Below, piece after piece: positions 44,658 to 54,911 of a DNA stretch of 64,000 nt. The position numbers and the translations under genes are program-made. Source of the stretch: a virus (Duplodnaviria; Caudoviricetes). Every line of letters starts with the position of its first letter. Positions within the stretch are counted from its first letter, which is position 1. Location: positions 64,001 to 128,000 of IMG/VR virus record IMGVR_UViG_3300020577_009322; one strand, written 5' to 3'. The notes under the pieces are model-generated. The model saw only the letters and a list, made by a program, of their open reading frames with translations. It was not told where the DNA came from and searched no databases.

Positions 44658-47600
44658 TGCCTGAACAAAATACTTCAGTAGTAAATACTACCACTACATC
44701 AAAAGCTGGATTAATAACAGATTTAAATGCTTCTTATATAAGTAAGGAGCAGTACAGTCATGCTAGAAATGCAGTAAGAAATAGTAAAGATGGTGATCTT
44801 GGAACTATTAGTAATGAACCTTCAACTTCTTTTTGTTTTCAAGCACCTTATGATATTGTAGGACATGTTGATTTGCCAGATGATGAGGTAATGATATTTT
44901 CTGGAGATGGATCATCTTCAGAAATAGGAATTGGGAATATTAAAACATGTGTATATAGAAAGATATTAGATTGGCCATGCTTAAATTTCTCTACTAAATT
45001 TCCAGTTACAGGAGTATCTAAAAAACATTTTAATAAAGGAACAGTTGTATATTTTACAGACAAGCATAATCATATAAGAAGAATAGATTTGAGTAAGATA
45101 AATAAAATCACATCATGTGATGATATTTTGTTATTCAAGAATATAGATTTACCATGTATTACCGTTAAAAAAGGACAAGTTGGTAATATACCAAATGGTA
45201 TGTATTCTGTTGTAATGGCATATACTGTTGATAATCAATTATTTACAGATTGGTTTTCTATAACTAATAGAGTACAATTATATTCAACAAATAATTCTAA
45301 TTCATTAGAGGTTAAAATCTCAGGATTAGATAAAGAATTTGATAATTTTCAGTTAGCTGTGGTTGGAACTTATGTAGATCCAGTAACCAAAGGGGCAACT
45401 AAATTAGCAAAGATAGTAGGAACTTATTCCACAAAAATAGGTTCTATATCAATTACTGATTTTCTTAATACTACTTATAAAGAGATACAATTATCTGATT
45501 TAGTAATCAAAAAGAATACTTGGCAGAAAGCTGGTATTATTTCATCTAACTCTAATCACCTAATGTTTGGTGATCTAGTTGGTAGAGATGAGGAGAATTA
45601 TCAGTTAAAGGCAATGACAATTGAAAGTGAGTATGTAATTGAACAGGTTCCTGCAGATTATTACGAAGTAGATGGAAGTGATGTTAGTTATTATGCAGAT
45701 GAGAACTACGATTTTTATATAAATGGTGTGTATAGTTCCGGGGAAGAAACAGATAAATATCATATTCCTGGAAGAAAATCTACTAAGGATGATCGTTCAC
45801 TAGTATCATCAAAAGATGTATACGAATATGATACAGATTTACAGGATTGTGACCCTGTTACAAAGATAGAGAAATGGCAAGTATATAATACTGCAGATGA
45901 GGTTACACCAACAAATGACAAATTTAAGTGTGATAGAAGAGTATGGGGAACTGGAAAAATGGGATATTTTGAAAGTACAGATTTATATCCTGATAATAAG
46001 GATATGTTTGGAGAAGATGCCAATAAACCAATTCGTTATCATAAATTTCCTGATGAGTGTAAGATATCTCGTTATTCAGTAATAGAGGGAAAAACTTATG
46101 TTAATATTAAAGGAGTTCGTTTTAAGAATATTCCAAAATTTGATAATCCTGATATTGTTGGTTATAAAATAACTCGTTCAGATAGAAAAGGTGGAAATGG
46201 AACTGTTGGAGCAAGAGGATTAATGACAAATGTTCGTAGTTATTTCGATAGTACTACAAATCAGACTGTTATGTATAATAACTATACAGTTAATGATTTA
46301 AATCCAGATATTTATCTATCATCTAAACAAACATATTATAAAAATAATAGTGAGCACGATTTTGTTCCAGTAGAAGATTACTATAAGGATCGTTTTAACT
46401 TCTATTCACCTCACACTTCTTTTGAACCACGCTATACATTAGGTAGTGAAATTAAGATTGAAAGTGAGGAAATAGCTCAGGTAACCGGTAAATTTGAACC
46501 AGTATTTAATCACCCTCAACAAAAATTACTTAATCAGTTTGCCTTTTGGGTAGCCGCCTCTGTAGGATTTATTGAGGCAACATTAACATTATTAGGAAAA
46601 GGAAATGCCAGAGTTACAACTTCATCTGGTGAAGTATTGGGTCAACAAAATAATACACATTCAGATGTAACATCTACAATAGATTATAACTTATCTACAG
46701 TAGAGGACTTAATAAACTTTGATGTTATTGGATTTCTAACAGGGTCATTAGTATCAGTTACTGGAGTTCGTTCAGCAGCGGGAGGATTAAGTAAAGTAAC
46801 TCAAATTGTTAAGGTTATTAAAGCCGCTCTTACTATAATAGCATCACTTGCTATTAAAGTTCCCTTTTCTATTTTAAATGGAATTCAAGAGGCGGATAAA
46901 ATCTTTGATATTATCTATAAGTTTACCGGATATACCAATTATGTTTATCAATATAATGCTCATGCCCTTTTTAATCAATCAATATGTGTAAATCCTGGAA
47001 ACAAAAGAAGACGTCTTAAAAGAGATGCTTTATATATTCCATCCGATATAGTTACCATAGATGATACAGTATATAATAATTTACTTAGAGAGAAAACAGT
47101 ATATCTTCATTTAAATAATGAAGTTAAAAATCCTGTAAATAAAGATAATAGTAGATTAACTATCTCATCAGCTAATATATGTGGAAAACCGGATACCCAA
47201 GTAACATCAACAGGATCAGCATTTTATGTAACAAGTAAGATTGTTAATCCTAATCAATATGGAAGTTTAGGTTCATCTTCTCCGGTATCAATGCATTCTT
47301 GCGTATTAAGATTTAATGAAGAAAAACCACAGCCAGGATTACCAAATCCTGAACCCATCTTGACAACTTCACCCATTTTATATGGAGGTGATTGTATAAT
47401 TACTCGTTTTCAATTTATGAAGAAAATGAGATTCTTTAATCAGGATTTATCTTCCGTAAATGAGGGAACAAATTCAGGATATCCAGATGGTACAGAATAT
47501 GATTATAAATTATATAGAAATATAGCTTATCCACGTTACTGGATGGACACAACTAAATATGATTTTGCAGAAATAGTAACTGGAAAATCATTATCTTTAT

Positions 47601-49324
47601 CTAGCTTTTCACGTACGACTCAGAGTAGGCATAATTTAGATTGTAAGAAAAATAATGATGGAAAGGCTTTAACTCGTATAGATGATGCTTATATGTATCT
47701 ATCTAATAATGTAGTTATGGACTTTTTTGTTGAATGTGATTATAATATTAACTTTAGAGATAAAACTGAACATCCTTTTTATTCAAAAAATAATACTAAT
47801 ATTTCTCAGATATTTCGTTCAGATAGATTAGGATTTGCAGAAGAATTTTCTATTAATAGAGCATTTTCTGATATCTATACAACAGAAATATATCTTCAAC
47901 AACAAAGAAGTGACTTTGATCCAACTAATCCAATACCAGTAATTCAAAAGAATTCTGTTATTTATTCCCTTCCTTCATTTAATTTACAGAAGGCTGATAA
48001 TTGGCAATACTTCTTACCTGCAAATTACTTCTCATTCAGTGAGACAGACTTTGGTAATTTAACTAGTATGCATAAATTAGATGAAGATAGAGTAATATTC
48101 TTATTCTCTAAAGCCTCACCTTTTGTAACAATGGGAAGAAGTCTTCTTCAGTTAAGTGGTCAAACTGTTACTATTGGTGATGGTGGATTATTTGCCCAGG
48201 ATCCAAGAGAAATAATGCCAACAGATAATAACTATGCTGCATGTAATAGTAGATATGCTTTTTCTAATACTCATACAGGAAGATATTATCCATCAGAAAG
48301 ACAAGGTCGTATAATAAATTATGGTCAATCGTTAGATGATATAACAAGAGAAGGAATAAGTTATTGGTGTAAAAATTATATGCCAATCTTTTTATATAAG
48401 TACTTTCCTAATTATGAAGAGATAGAGAATCCTATATCAGGAGTTGGTTATTTAACATCTTTTGATTCATTTAACGAGACTATTTATATAATAAAAAGAG
48501 ATTTCTCTCCAAAAAAGGAATATATAAAAGATATAACTTATAATAATGGAAATTTTTATTATAAAGATATGTTAATCTCATTAAGAGATTCATCCTATTT
48601 TAATGATATTTCTTGGACCCTATCATATTCTCCTGGAGATAAATCATTTGTTAGTTGGCACGATTGGCATCCTGATTGGGTTATTCAAACTGATAACCAT
48701 TTTATGTCAGTTAAAGGAAATAAAGTATGGAAACATAACGAAAGTTATGATTCATTCTGTAATTTCTATGGTATAGATTGGCCATTTGAAATAGAGTTCT
48801 TAAGTAGTAGTGGACAACAAGTAGAGATAGTTAGAAGTATTGAATATATATTAGAAGCATATCATTATAAAAATATGGGAAGGGATCGTTTTCATTTACT
48901 TAATGAAAATTTTGATAGACTAATAGTTAGTAATACTGAACAAATATCCCCATTATTAAACTTGGTACACGGATCTGCAGATCCATCTATCAATTTAGAT
49001 TATCCTAAAATAAATATCTCTAATGCAATTAGCTATGATGTTATATTTTTTAAAGAGGAAAACAAATATCGTATTAATCAATTTTGGGATTCTGTAAAAG
49101 ATAGAGGAGAATTTACAACAACAGAAGTTCATTTATTTCCTACAGATGAAAGTGGATATAAGCAGATAATAAATCCTATGGCTATTGATATTAACAAACC
49201 AGAAGAAGAAAGAAAGAAATTTAGACATTATTATAATAAATTTCGTCTTATAAAGACTGTATCTGGTCCAACTAAATTTTTGAGTAAACTATTAAATATT
49301 AAAAAATTAATATCATTTAAGTAA
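44657..49324 (+). CDS. Tail stabilisation/muzzle protein
   Basis: 1555 aa; YSHARNAV..GTISNEPS N-terminus; WTLSYS...WHDWHPD. Confidence 0.8.
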   Translation: MPEQNTSVVNTTTTSKAGLITDLNASYISKEQYSHARNAVRNSKDGDLGTISNEPSTSFCFQAPYDIVGHVDLPDDEVMIFSGDGSSSEIGIGNIKTCVYRKILDWPCLNFSTKFPVTGVSKKHFNKGTVVYFTDKHNHIRRIDLSKINKITSCDDILLFKNIDLPCITVKKGQVGNIPNGMYSVVMAYTVDNQLFTDWFSITNRVQLYSTNNSNSLEVKISGLDKEFDNFQLAVVGTYVDPVTKGATKLAKIVGTYSTKIGSISITDFLNTTYKEIQLSDLVIKKNTWQKAGIISSNSNHLMFGDLVGRDEENYQLKAMTIESEYVIEQVPADYYEVDGSDVSYYADENYDFYINGVYSSGEETDKYHIPGRKSTKDDRSLVSSKDVYEYDTDLQDCDPVTKIEKWQVYNTADEVTPTNDKFKCDRRVWGTGKMGYFESTDLYPDNKDMFGEDANKPIRYHKFPDECKISRYSVIEGKTYVNIKGVRFKNIPKFDNPDIVGYKITRSDRKGGNGTVGARGLMTNVRSYFDSTTNQTVMYNNYTVNDLNPDIYLSSKQTYYKNNSEHDFVPVEDYYKDRFNFYSPHTSFEPRYTLGSEIKIESEEIAQVTGKFEPVFNHPQQKLLNQFAFWVAASVGFIEATLTLLGKGNARVTTSSGEVLGQQNNTHSDVTSTIDYNLSTVEDLINFDVIGFLTGSLVSVTGVRSAAGGLSKVTQIVKVIKAALTIIASLAIKVPFSILNGIQEADKIFDIIYKFTGYTNYVYQYNAHALFNQSICVNPGNKRRRLKRDALYIPSDIVTIDDTVYNNLLREKTVYLHLNNEVKNPVNKDNSRLTISSANICGKPDTQVTSTGSAFYVTSKIVNPNQYGSLGSSSPVSMHSCVLRFNEEKPQPGLPNPEPILTTSPILYGGDCIITRFQFMKKMRFFNQDLSSVNEGTNSGYPDGTEYDYKLYRNIAYPRYWMDTTKYDFAEIVTGKSLSLSSFSRTTQSRHNLDCKKNNDGKALTRIDDAYMYLSNNVVMDFFVECDYNINFRDKTEHPFYSKNNTNISQIFRSDRLGFAEEFSINRAFSDIYTTEIYLQQQRSDFDPTNPIPVIQKNSVIYSLPSFNLQKADNWQYFLPANYFSFSETDFGNLTSMHKLDEDRVIFLFSKASPFVTMGRSLLQLSGQTVTIGDGGLFAQDPREIMPTDNNYAACNSRYAFSNTHTGRYYPSERQGRIINYGQSLDDITREGISYWCKNYMPIFLYKYFPNYEEIENPISGVGYLTSFDSFNETIYIIKRDFSPKKEYIKDITYNNGNFYYKDMLISLRDSSYFNDISWTLSYSPGDKSFVSWHDWHPDWVIQTDNHFMSVKGNKVWKHNESYDSFCNFYGIDWPFEIEFLSSSGQQVEIVRSIEYILEAYHYKNMGRDRFHLLNENFDRLIVSNTEQISPLLNLVHGSADPSINLDYPKINISNAISYDVIFFKEENKYRINQFWDSVKDRGEFTTTEVHLFPTDESGYKQIINPMAIDINKPEEERKKFRHYYNKFRLIKTVSGPTKFLSKLLNIKKLISFK

Positions 49325-50802
49325 TGCCATTTTTATCAAAATCTCAATCAAAAGCATGTTTTGCTACACATGGATTTGGTCATAATGTGAATTGTGATGA
49401 ATGGGCAAAATCTACTAATTATAAGAAGTTACCTAATAAAGTAAAGCATATGAAGCATAAATCGAAATATCGTAGTGCACAAATGGGAGGCGTTCCAATA
49501 GGACATTATGATAAAGTAACAGATAGTTGGCAAGAAGATGAAGTCGGACAAGACTTATTTGGTATAAAGAAAATGCTTACTCCTCAATCTACACAAGAAG
49601 GGTGTCCACCAGGTTATTATTTTTCTTCCCCAGAAGGAAAATGTGTTCCAAATTTTACTAGTCAATCTATACCTTCTTTATTTCATCCAAATCCAGAATT
49701 TGAAGAAGGTTTATTAGCAAATAGAGAAAGTTCTACTATTTCTAATAAAGAAAATTCTATACCAAAACCTATTGGAAGCAGACCATCTTCTCCAAAGATC
49801 GATCCTTATTTTGCTTTACATGGAGTAACTACAGGTCTATCTTGGTTATCTGGAATTGTTGATAGAAATAGACAAAATCAATATCAACAAAATCAATTCT
49901 CCTCCCTTGGCCAGAATAATCCATCTCCTGTAGAAAATTATCAACCAAACCCATTTTCCTTATATAGTAAATATGGAGGATCAATAAAGAAGTATCAACG
50001 GGGTGGACGTTCTCCTATTATGGTAAATAATCCTAATGATCCTCGTTTAAAAGCTTATAGTGATAGTTTGAATTTGTATAATATGTCACAATATGATATA
50101 AATAATAATGATTTTGTTAATGATTGGAAAAAAAGAGAAGATATTAAAAATAAGACAGGTAAAGATGACGCTAATATTACTTTAAAATCTTTTATTAAGG
50201 CGTTTGATAATGGTTCAAATAAATTTTTACTTTCTCAAAAATCACAAATAAAACCAATAAAACAAATTTTTGATGATGATGTGAATATTAGTAAAGGTAA
50301 AATCGAACCTTTACTTAAAGATGTATATAAAAAACCAGTACAACCAGTAGTATATCAGAAACCACAATTAAAACTGATAGAACAACTTGAAAAGATATTT
50401 CCAAAACCAACCCCTGCACAGAGTAGACCAGCTCAAATTACTACTCCTCAACAGAGTGTAATACCAGAACCTCAAGGAGATTATGTATATGGTCCAGCTA
50501 ATAGTGTAATAGGTACAAATGTAAATGGTAAGTTTGTACCATATCAAGGTGAAAATACAGTTGGAGCTAATGGTAGTCAAAGAGGAAAAGTTAATAAAGC
50601 TGATTCAGATTTAATGAATGATACAGAAGCCCTTAAGAAGTATTTAAGAGGAAAGGGATTACAATTTAAAAAAGGTGGAAGTTTTATGGGGATAAATCCT
50701 GATCATAAAGGGTACTGTACACCAATGTCGAAATCAACTTGTACACCTCGTAGAAAGGCATTAGCAATGACTTTAAAAAAACATCATGGATTTCATAAAT
50801 AA
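49324..50802 (+). CDS. Putative virion cargo protein
   Basis: MPFLSKSQ start; repeated xxxGG motifs. Confidence 0.55.
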   Translation: MPFLSKSQSKACFATHGFGHNVNCDEWAKSTNYKKLPNKVKHMKHKSKYRSAQMGGVPIGHYDKVTDSWQEDEVGQDLFGIKKMLTPQSTQEGCPPGYYFSSPEGKCVPNFTSQSIPSLFHPNPEFEEGLLANRESSTISNKENSIPKPIGSRPSSPKIDPYFALHGVTTGLSWLSGIVDRNRQNQYQQNQFSSLGQNNPSPVENYQPNPFSLYSKYGGSIKKYQRGGRSPIMVNNPNDPRLKAYSDSLNLYNMSQYDINNNDFVNDWKKREDIKNKTGKDDANITLKSFIKAFDNGSNKFLLSQKSQIKPIKQIFDDDVNISKGKIEPLLKDVYKKPVQPVVYQKPQLKLIEQLEKIFPKPTPAQSRPAQITTPQQSVIPEPQGDYVYGPANSVIGTNVNGKFVPYQGENTVGANGSQRGKVNKADSDLMNDTEALKKYLRGKGLQFKKGGSFMGINPDHKGYCTPMSKSTCTPRRKALAMTLKKHHGFHK

Positions 50803-50810
50803 TAACAAAA

Positions 50811-51329
50811 ATGGAAGTAATTAAAAGAATTAAAAGAAAAAATTCATTTGCTACTGATTCTGTTCTAAATATTCTAAATCTTAGAATAGAACAAGAAGAA
50901 CAATCTTCTCGTCTATACCACTCTATGTCAATATGGCTTAATGATAAAGGATATATGGGAGCATCAAAACGTTGGCAATCTGATGCTGATGGTGAAATGG
51001 AACATGCAAATTGGGCAAAAGAATATTTACTTGATTTAGGTGTTAAACCTATAATACCTGCATTAAAACAACCTCCACAGGAATTTGAGGGATTGGCTGA
51101 TATAATCAGAAAATCATTTGAACATGAAATTGTTGTTACTGAACAATGTAATGATTTAGCAAATCAGGCACTTCGTACTAATGATAATCTTCTTTATCAA
51201 TTAGCAAACAAGTTTCTACAAGAGCAGCAAGAAGAGTTAGGTAAACTTCAAACGCTTCTTGATAAATTAGATGCATTTGGTGAAGATAAAATTGCAATGA
51301 GATTATTAGACAATGAATTAGGTTCTTAA
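50811..51329 (+). CDS. ftn: Ferritin
   Basis: Ferroxidase pattern E..SSRLY, EMEH, FEHE, FLQEQQEE. Confidence 0.85.
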   Translation: MEVIKRIKRKNSFATDSVLNILNLRIEQEEQSSRLYHSMSIWLNDKGYMGASKRWQSDADGEMEHANWAKEYLLDLGVKPIIPALKQPPQEFEGLADIIRKSFEHEIVVTEQCNDLANQALRTNDNLLYQLANKFLQEQQEELGKLQTLLDKLDAFGEDKIAMRLLDNELGS

Positions 51330-51330
51330 T

Positions 51331-52152
51331 ATGGATTTACAATCAATACTAGGATATAGTAAAAATTCTCCCTATATTAATAATCCCTATCTGGATATTC
51401 ATAGTCCAGAAGGATTAATTGATATGAGTAATACAGCTATTGATTTAATAGGAATAGATAATCAAGGGAATAAAAAGAAAATGAAGGCATTCAATAAAAA
51501 TCCATATAAGTTTAATGGAGATGTAATAAGAGAAATTCCTTATCAAAGAGGAGGGAATGTCTATGATTTCCTATTTAAAGATGATGAAGAAGATAATGAT
51601 AAAAGTTTGGAGAAAGATGCTGATAAACCATCAGCACCATCTACTGCAGAAATACCTCAGATTAGTAATGATGAATATGAGAGTACATTAGCAATGGCTA
51701 TGCAATCCTATAATGATCCATTTCTAAATAGAAGACAATTTCAATCTATTCCACACGGTTTAGATGCTAATATTAGCAGTGAGGATATGAATATTGTTAC
51801 TCAATCTGCACAGAAATATAATATACCGCCTGAAATATTAGCAGGAATATATGGAGCAGAAACATCATTTGGTAAAAATATACATCAATCTTCAGTTGGG
51901 GCACAGGGACCATTTCAATTTATGCCAGCAACAGCTAAGCAATATAATGTAAATCCATATGATTTACAATCTTCTTCAGAAGGTGCTGCTCATTATTTAA
52001 GTAATTTATATAACCAATTTGGTAACTGGGAACAGGCTATAGGAGCTTATAATGCTGGACCAGGGAATATAAGAAAGGGAAGAATACCACAAGAAACAAG
52101 AAAGTATGTACCTAAAGTATTAGGATATGCTCAATCATTAAAAGGAAAATAA
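51331..52152 (+). CDS. Lytic transglycosylase (SLT), probably virion-associated
   Basis: AETS, GAQGPFQFMPATA, AYNAG, ETRKYV. Confidence 0.9.
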   Translation: MDLQSILGYSKNSPYINNPYLDIHSPEGLIDMSNTAIDLIGIDNQGNKKKMKAFNKNPYKFNGDVIREIPYQRGGNVYDFLFKDDEEDNDKSLEKDADKPSAPSTAEIPQISNDEYESTLAMAMQSYNDPFLNRRQFQSIPHGLDANISSEDMNIVTQSAQKYNIPPEILAGIYGAETSFGKNIHQSSVGAQGPFQFMPATAKQYNVNPYDLQSSSEGAAHYLSNLYNQFGNWEQAIGAYNAGPGNIRKGRIPQETRKYVPKVLGYAQSLKGK

Positions 52153-52153
52153 T

Positions 52154-54007
52154 ATGAATAAAGTACCAGGAGTAGGAGATAATAAGACATATAAGGATAT
52201 GTATCCTTTTAATCAGACACGTTATTTTACAATAGATAAGAAAGCCTTATCTTCTGTTAATGCCAGTCCTGATATTAACAGTACTATTAAGGAAAATCCT
52301 TATCGCAGTAATGTTGAAATTGAAAAAGATGAGGTAGTATTACAACCAGATTTATCTGCTCTCTTTAAAGCTAAAGGGAAAACCCACAAGCAAGGTGGTA
52401 TTGATGTTACATTAAGACCTGATTCTTTTGTTTTTTCTAATGATCCAACATTAGCATTTTCAGAGAGTGATCATAAATTATTTGAATTTAAAGAAGGTGG
52501 TACTTTTAAGAAGGATAAAAATACACCAGCTGATGTATTAAAGAGAAATATTGATGTTAAGCATTATAATACTTTAATAGCTAATATAACTGATATAAAA
52601 AAGGATGACCTAGCTAAAAAATCATCTGCAATGATGCTTGAAAAATATATAAAAACATTAGGAGGGATAGCTTATCTACAAGAACAAAAGAAAAATTTTC
52701 CTCAGGGATTACCTGCATTTTCAGATGGAAGTGCTCCTGTATACAATAGTAATGTTAAAGAAAAAGTTATGGAACAAAAGCAATATGCTAAATATGGAGG
52801 AACAATTAATCCATATTCTGTAGGTGGGCCAATTCTACCATGTCCTTGTGGAAAGGATGCTAATGGTAAATGTTTACCTTGTTCAGATGATGTGTATAAT
52901 AGTATTCTTCCAAAAGCTAGGAAAGTTGATAAAGCACTACCAGGTTATGATCCACTTTATACAGCCCCTAATGGAACTAAATTATATGGTAAATTTGGAG
53001 AAAAAAATGTATCAACTCCTTATAATGGACCATTAATGTCAAATGATAAATGGAGGGCTTTTCTGGCTTCTCCACAAGGAATTAAATGGAAACAAACAAG
53101 AGCCACACAGGATACTGAAGATTATCTACGCATAGATCCATCTAATCCAAATCCTCCACAAGATAATCCAGGAGGAATAGGGGGAAGACCATATCAAGTA
53201 ACTCCACAAGTATCTATTATTCCAGGAGATGTTACAGGTGCTTCTATGCAGGGTAAAGATATTAATTGGCAATTTTCACCTTGGCAAAAAATAAGTCAAG
53301 GTTATAACTTGGCAAAATTAGCCTCTGTAAAGCGCTACATGCCTTATAGAAGTCATTTAAATGCTAGTTATATAGATCCTTCTCTTGTTAATTCAGAGCA
53401 AACTGTTGGGGATATGAAAGCTTCATTTAATCAAAATTTAAATGGAATTAATTCCCTTTCTCCTATTCTGAGAAATGCTCAGGCACAATCTACTTATGGT
53501 CAGTTACTTAACCAGATTCCAGGAGTTCGTTCTCAATATGATAATCAAAATGTTGGGATAATTAATCAGTTTAAACAATATAATAATCAGATAAAGAATA
53601 ATGAAAGTGTCCAGAATATGCAAAATGACCAGAATTATTATCAACAAGTAGTTACTGGTAATGTTAATTTTGATAATATGAAAACATTCCTTGGAGATCA
53701 ATACATGAACAATTTAATGGGAGATGTTCAAGATAATCAAGCACTGGCATATAACTTAGCTACTCTTAAGAATCCTGCTTATGGATATAACTTTCGTTCT
53801 GGAAACTTTTATCGTAATCCAAAAAGTGTACTGGATGTTGATTCAACAAGTAATACACAAGAAAATTTGATAGAATTAGCCAAATCACTTAGATCGCAAG
53901 GATTTGGAGAAAAGTTAGTCGGAGATATAATAAAAAGTAAAGCCTTCCAGACATGGAATCCAACTCAAAAAAAGGGTGGAAGAATAGGATATAATCCATA
54001 TAAATGA
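52154..54007 (+). CDS. Putative virion cargo protein
   Basis: VEIEKDE..GKTHKQGG motif; Q/N-rich C-terminal half. Confidence 0.6.
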   Translation: MNKVPGVGDNKTYKDMYPFNQTRYFTIDKKALSSVNASPDINSTIKENPYRSNVEIEKDEVVLQPDLSALFKAKGKTHKQGGIDVTLRPDSFVFSNDPTLAFSESDHKLFEFKEGGTFKKDKNTPADVLKRNIDVKHYNTLIANITDIKKDDLAKKSSAMMLEKYIKTLGGIAYLQEQKKNFPQGLPAFSDGSAPVYNSNVKEKVMEQKQYAKYGGTINPYSVGGPILPCPCGKDANGKCLPCSDDVYNSILPKARKVDKALPGYDPLYTAPNGTKLYGKFGEKNVSTPYNGPLMSNDKWRAFLASPQGIKWKQTRATQDTEDYLRIDPSNPNPPQDNPGGIGGRPYQVTPQVSIIPGDVTGASMQGKDINWQFSPWQKISQGYNLAKLASVKRYMPYRSHLNASYIDPSLVNSEQTVGDMKASFNQNLNGINSLSPILRNAQAQSTYGQLLNQIPGVRSQYDNQNVGIINQFKQYNNQIKNNESVQNMQNDQNYYQQVVTGNVNFDNMKTFLGDQYMNNLMGDVQDNQALAYNLATLKNPAYGYNFRSGNFYRNPKSVLDVDSTSNTQENLIELAKSLRSQGFGEKLVGDIIKSKAFQTWNPTQKKGGRIGYNPYK

Positions 54008-54071
54008 CACTACCTGTAAATAACATTAAATATTAATTGGTTTTCAATGAATTATATTGTATCTTTGTAAG

Positions 54072-54911
54072 ATGCAAAGAAGATTAAATAAAGAAGAAAT
54101 AGAAAAATTATGTGAAATGTATGAAACTGGTAAATATACATTTTTAGATTTATCTTCATATTTTCCAGTAACAAAGGATGCTATTAGAGGTTTATTACTT
54201 AGAAGGGGATATAAGGCTAAGTCTCATTCTGAATTGAATAGAAAATATTCACTAAATGAAGAATTTTTTGATGAAATAGACACTGAGGAAAAAGCCTATA
54301 TGTTGGGATTTATATATGCTGATGGATGCAATTATCCTGAATCTACAAGAATTTTACTAGGTTTGGCAGAAAAAGATAAGGAAATATTAGACAAATTTTC
54401 TATTTTATTGGAATCTTCAAGACCATTACAGTATAGAAAATCTGTTGGAACAAGTGCGCCTCAATATATCTTAAATATATCTAGCAAGCATATGTCTAAT
54501 AAATTAATAGAATTAGGAGTTGTTAAAGCTAAATCTTTAATTTTGACTTTCCCTAAATGGTTAAATAAAGAATTATATCATCATTTCATAAGGGGTTATT
54601 TTGATGGAGATGGTTGCATTACTTCTTCATCTCCTAATAGAAATAAAGAAGGTAGAAAATCAGATGTTAAATGGAGTATTGTAGGAACTGAAGATTTTGT
54701 AATTAACATTCAAAGAATAATGATTGATAAATTAAACTTTAATAAAACCAAAATTAGAAAGCATAAAAGTGCATATTATTTGGAATATAAAGGTGGAAAA
54801 CAAATAGAAACAATAAAAGAATGGTTGTATAAAGATGCAACTATTTTCCTAAAAAGGAAATATAATAAATTTATAAATTATGCCAGCAACCTCGCCATTT
54901 CAGGGCAATGA
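54072..54911 (+). CDS. LAGLIDADG homing endonuclease
   Basis: YMLGFIYADG and FIRGYFDGDG; TATCTTTG promoter element at 54060-54067. Confidence 0.9.
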   Translation: MQRRLNKEEIEKLCEMYETGKYTFLDLSSYFPVTKDAIRGLLLRRGYKAKSHSELNRKYSLNEEFFDEIDTEEKAYMLGFIYADGCNYPESTRILLGLAEKDKEILDKFSILLESSRPLQYRKSVGTSAPQYILNISSKHMSNKLIELGVVKAKSLILTFPKWLNKELYHHFIRGYFDGDGCITSSSPNRNKEGRKSDVKWSIVGTEDFVINIQRIMIDKLNFNKTKIRKHKSAYYLEYKGGKQIETIKEWLYKDATIFLKRKYNKFINYASNLAISGQ

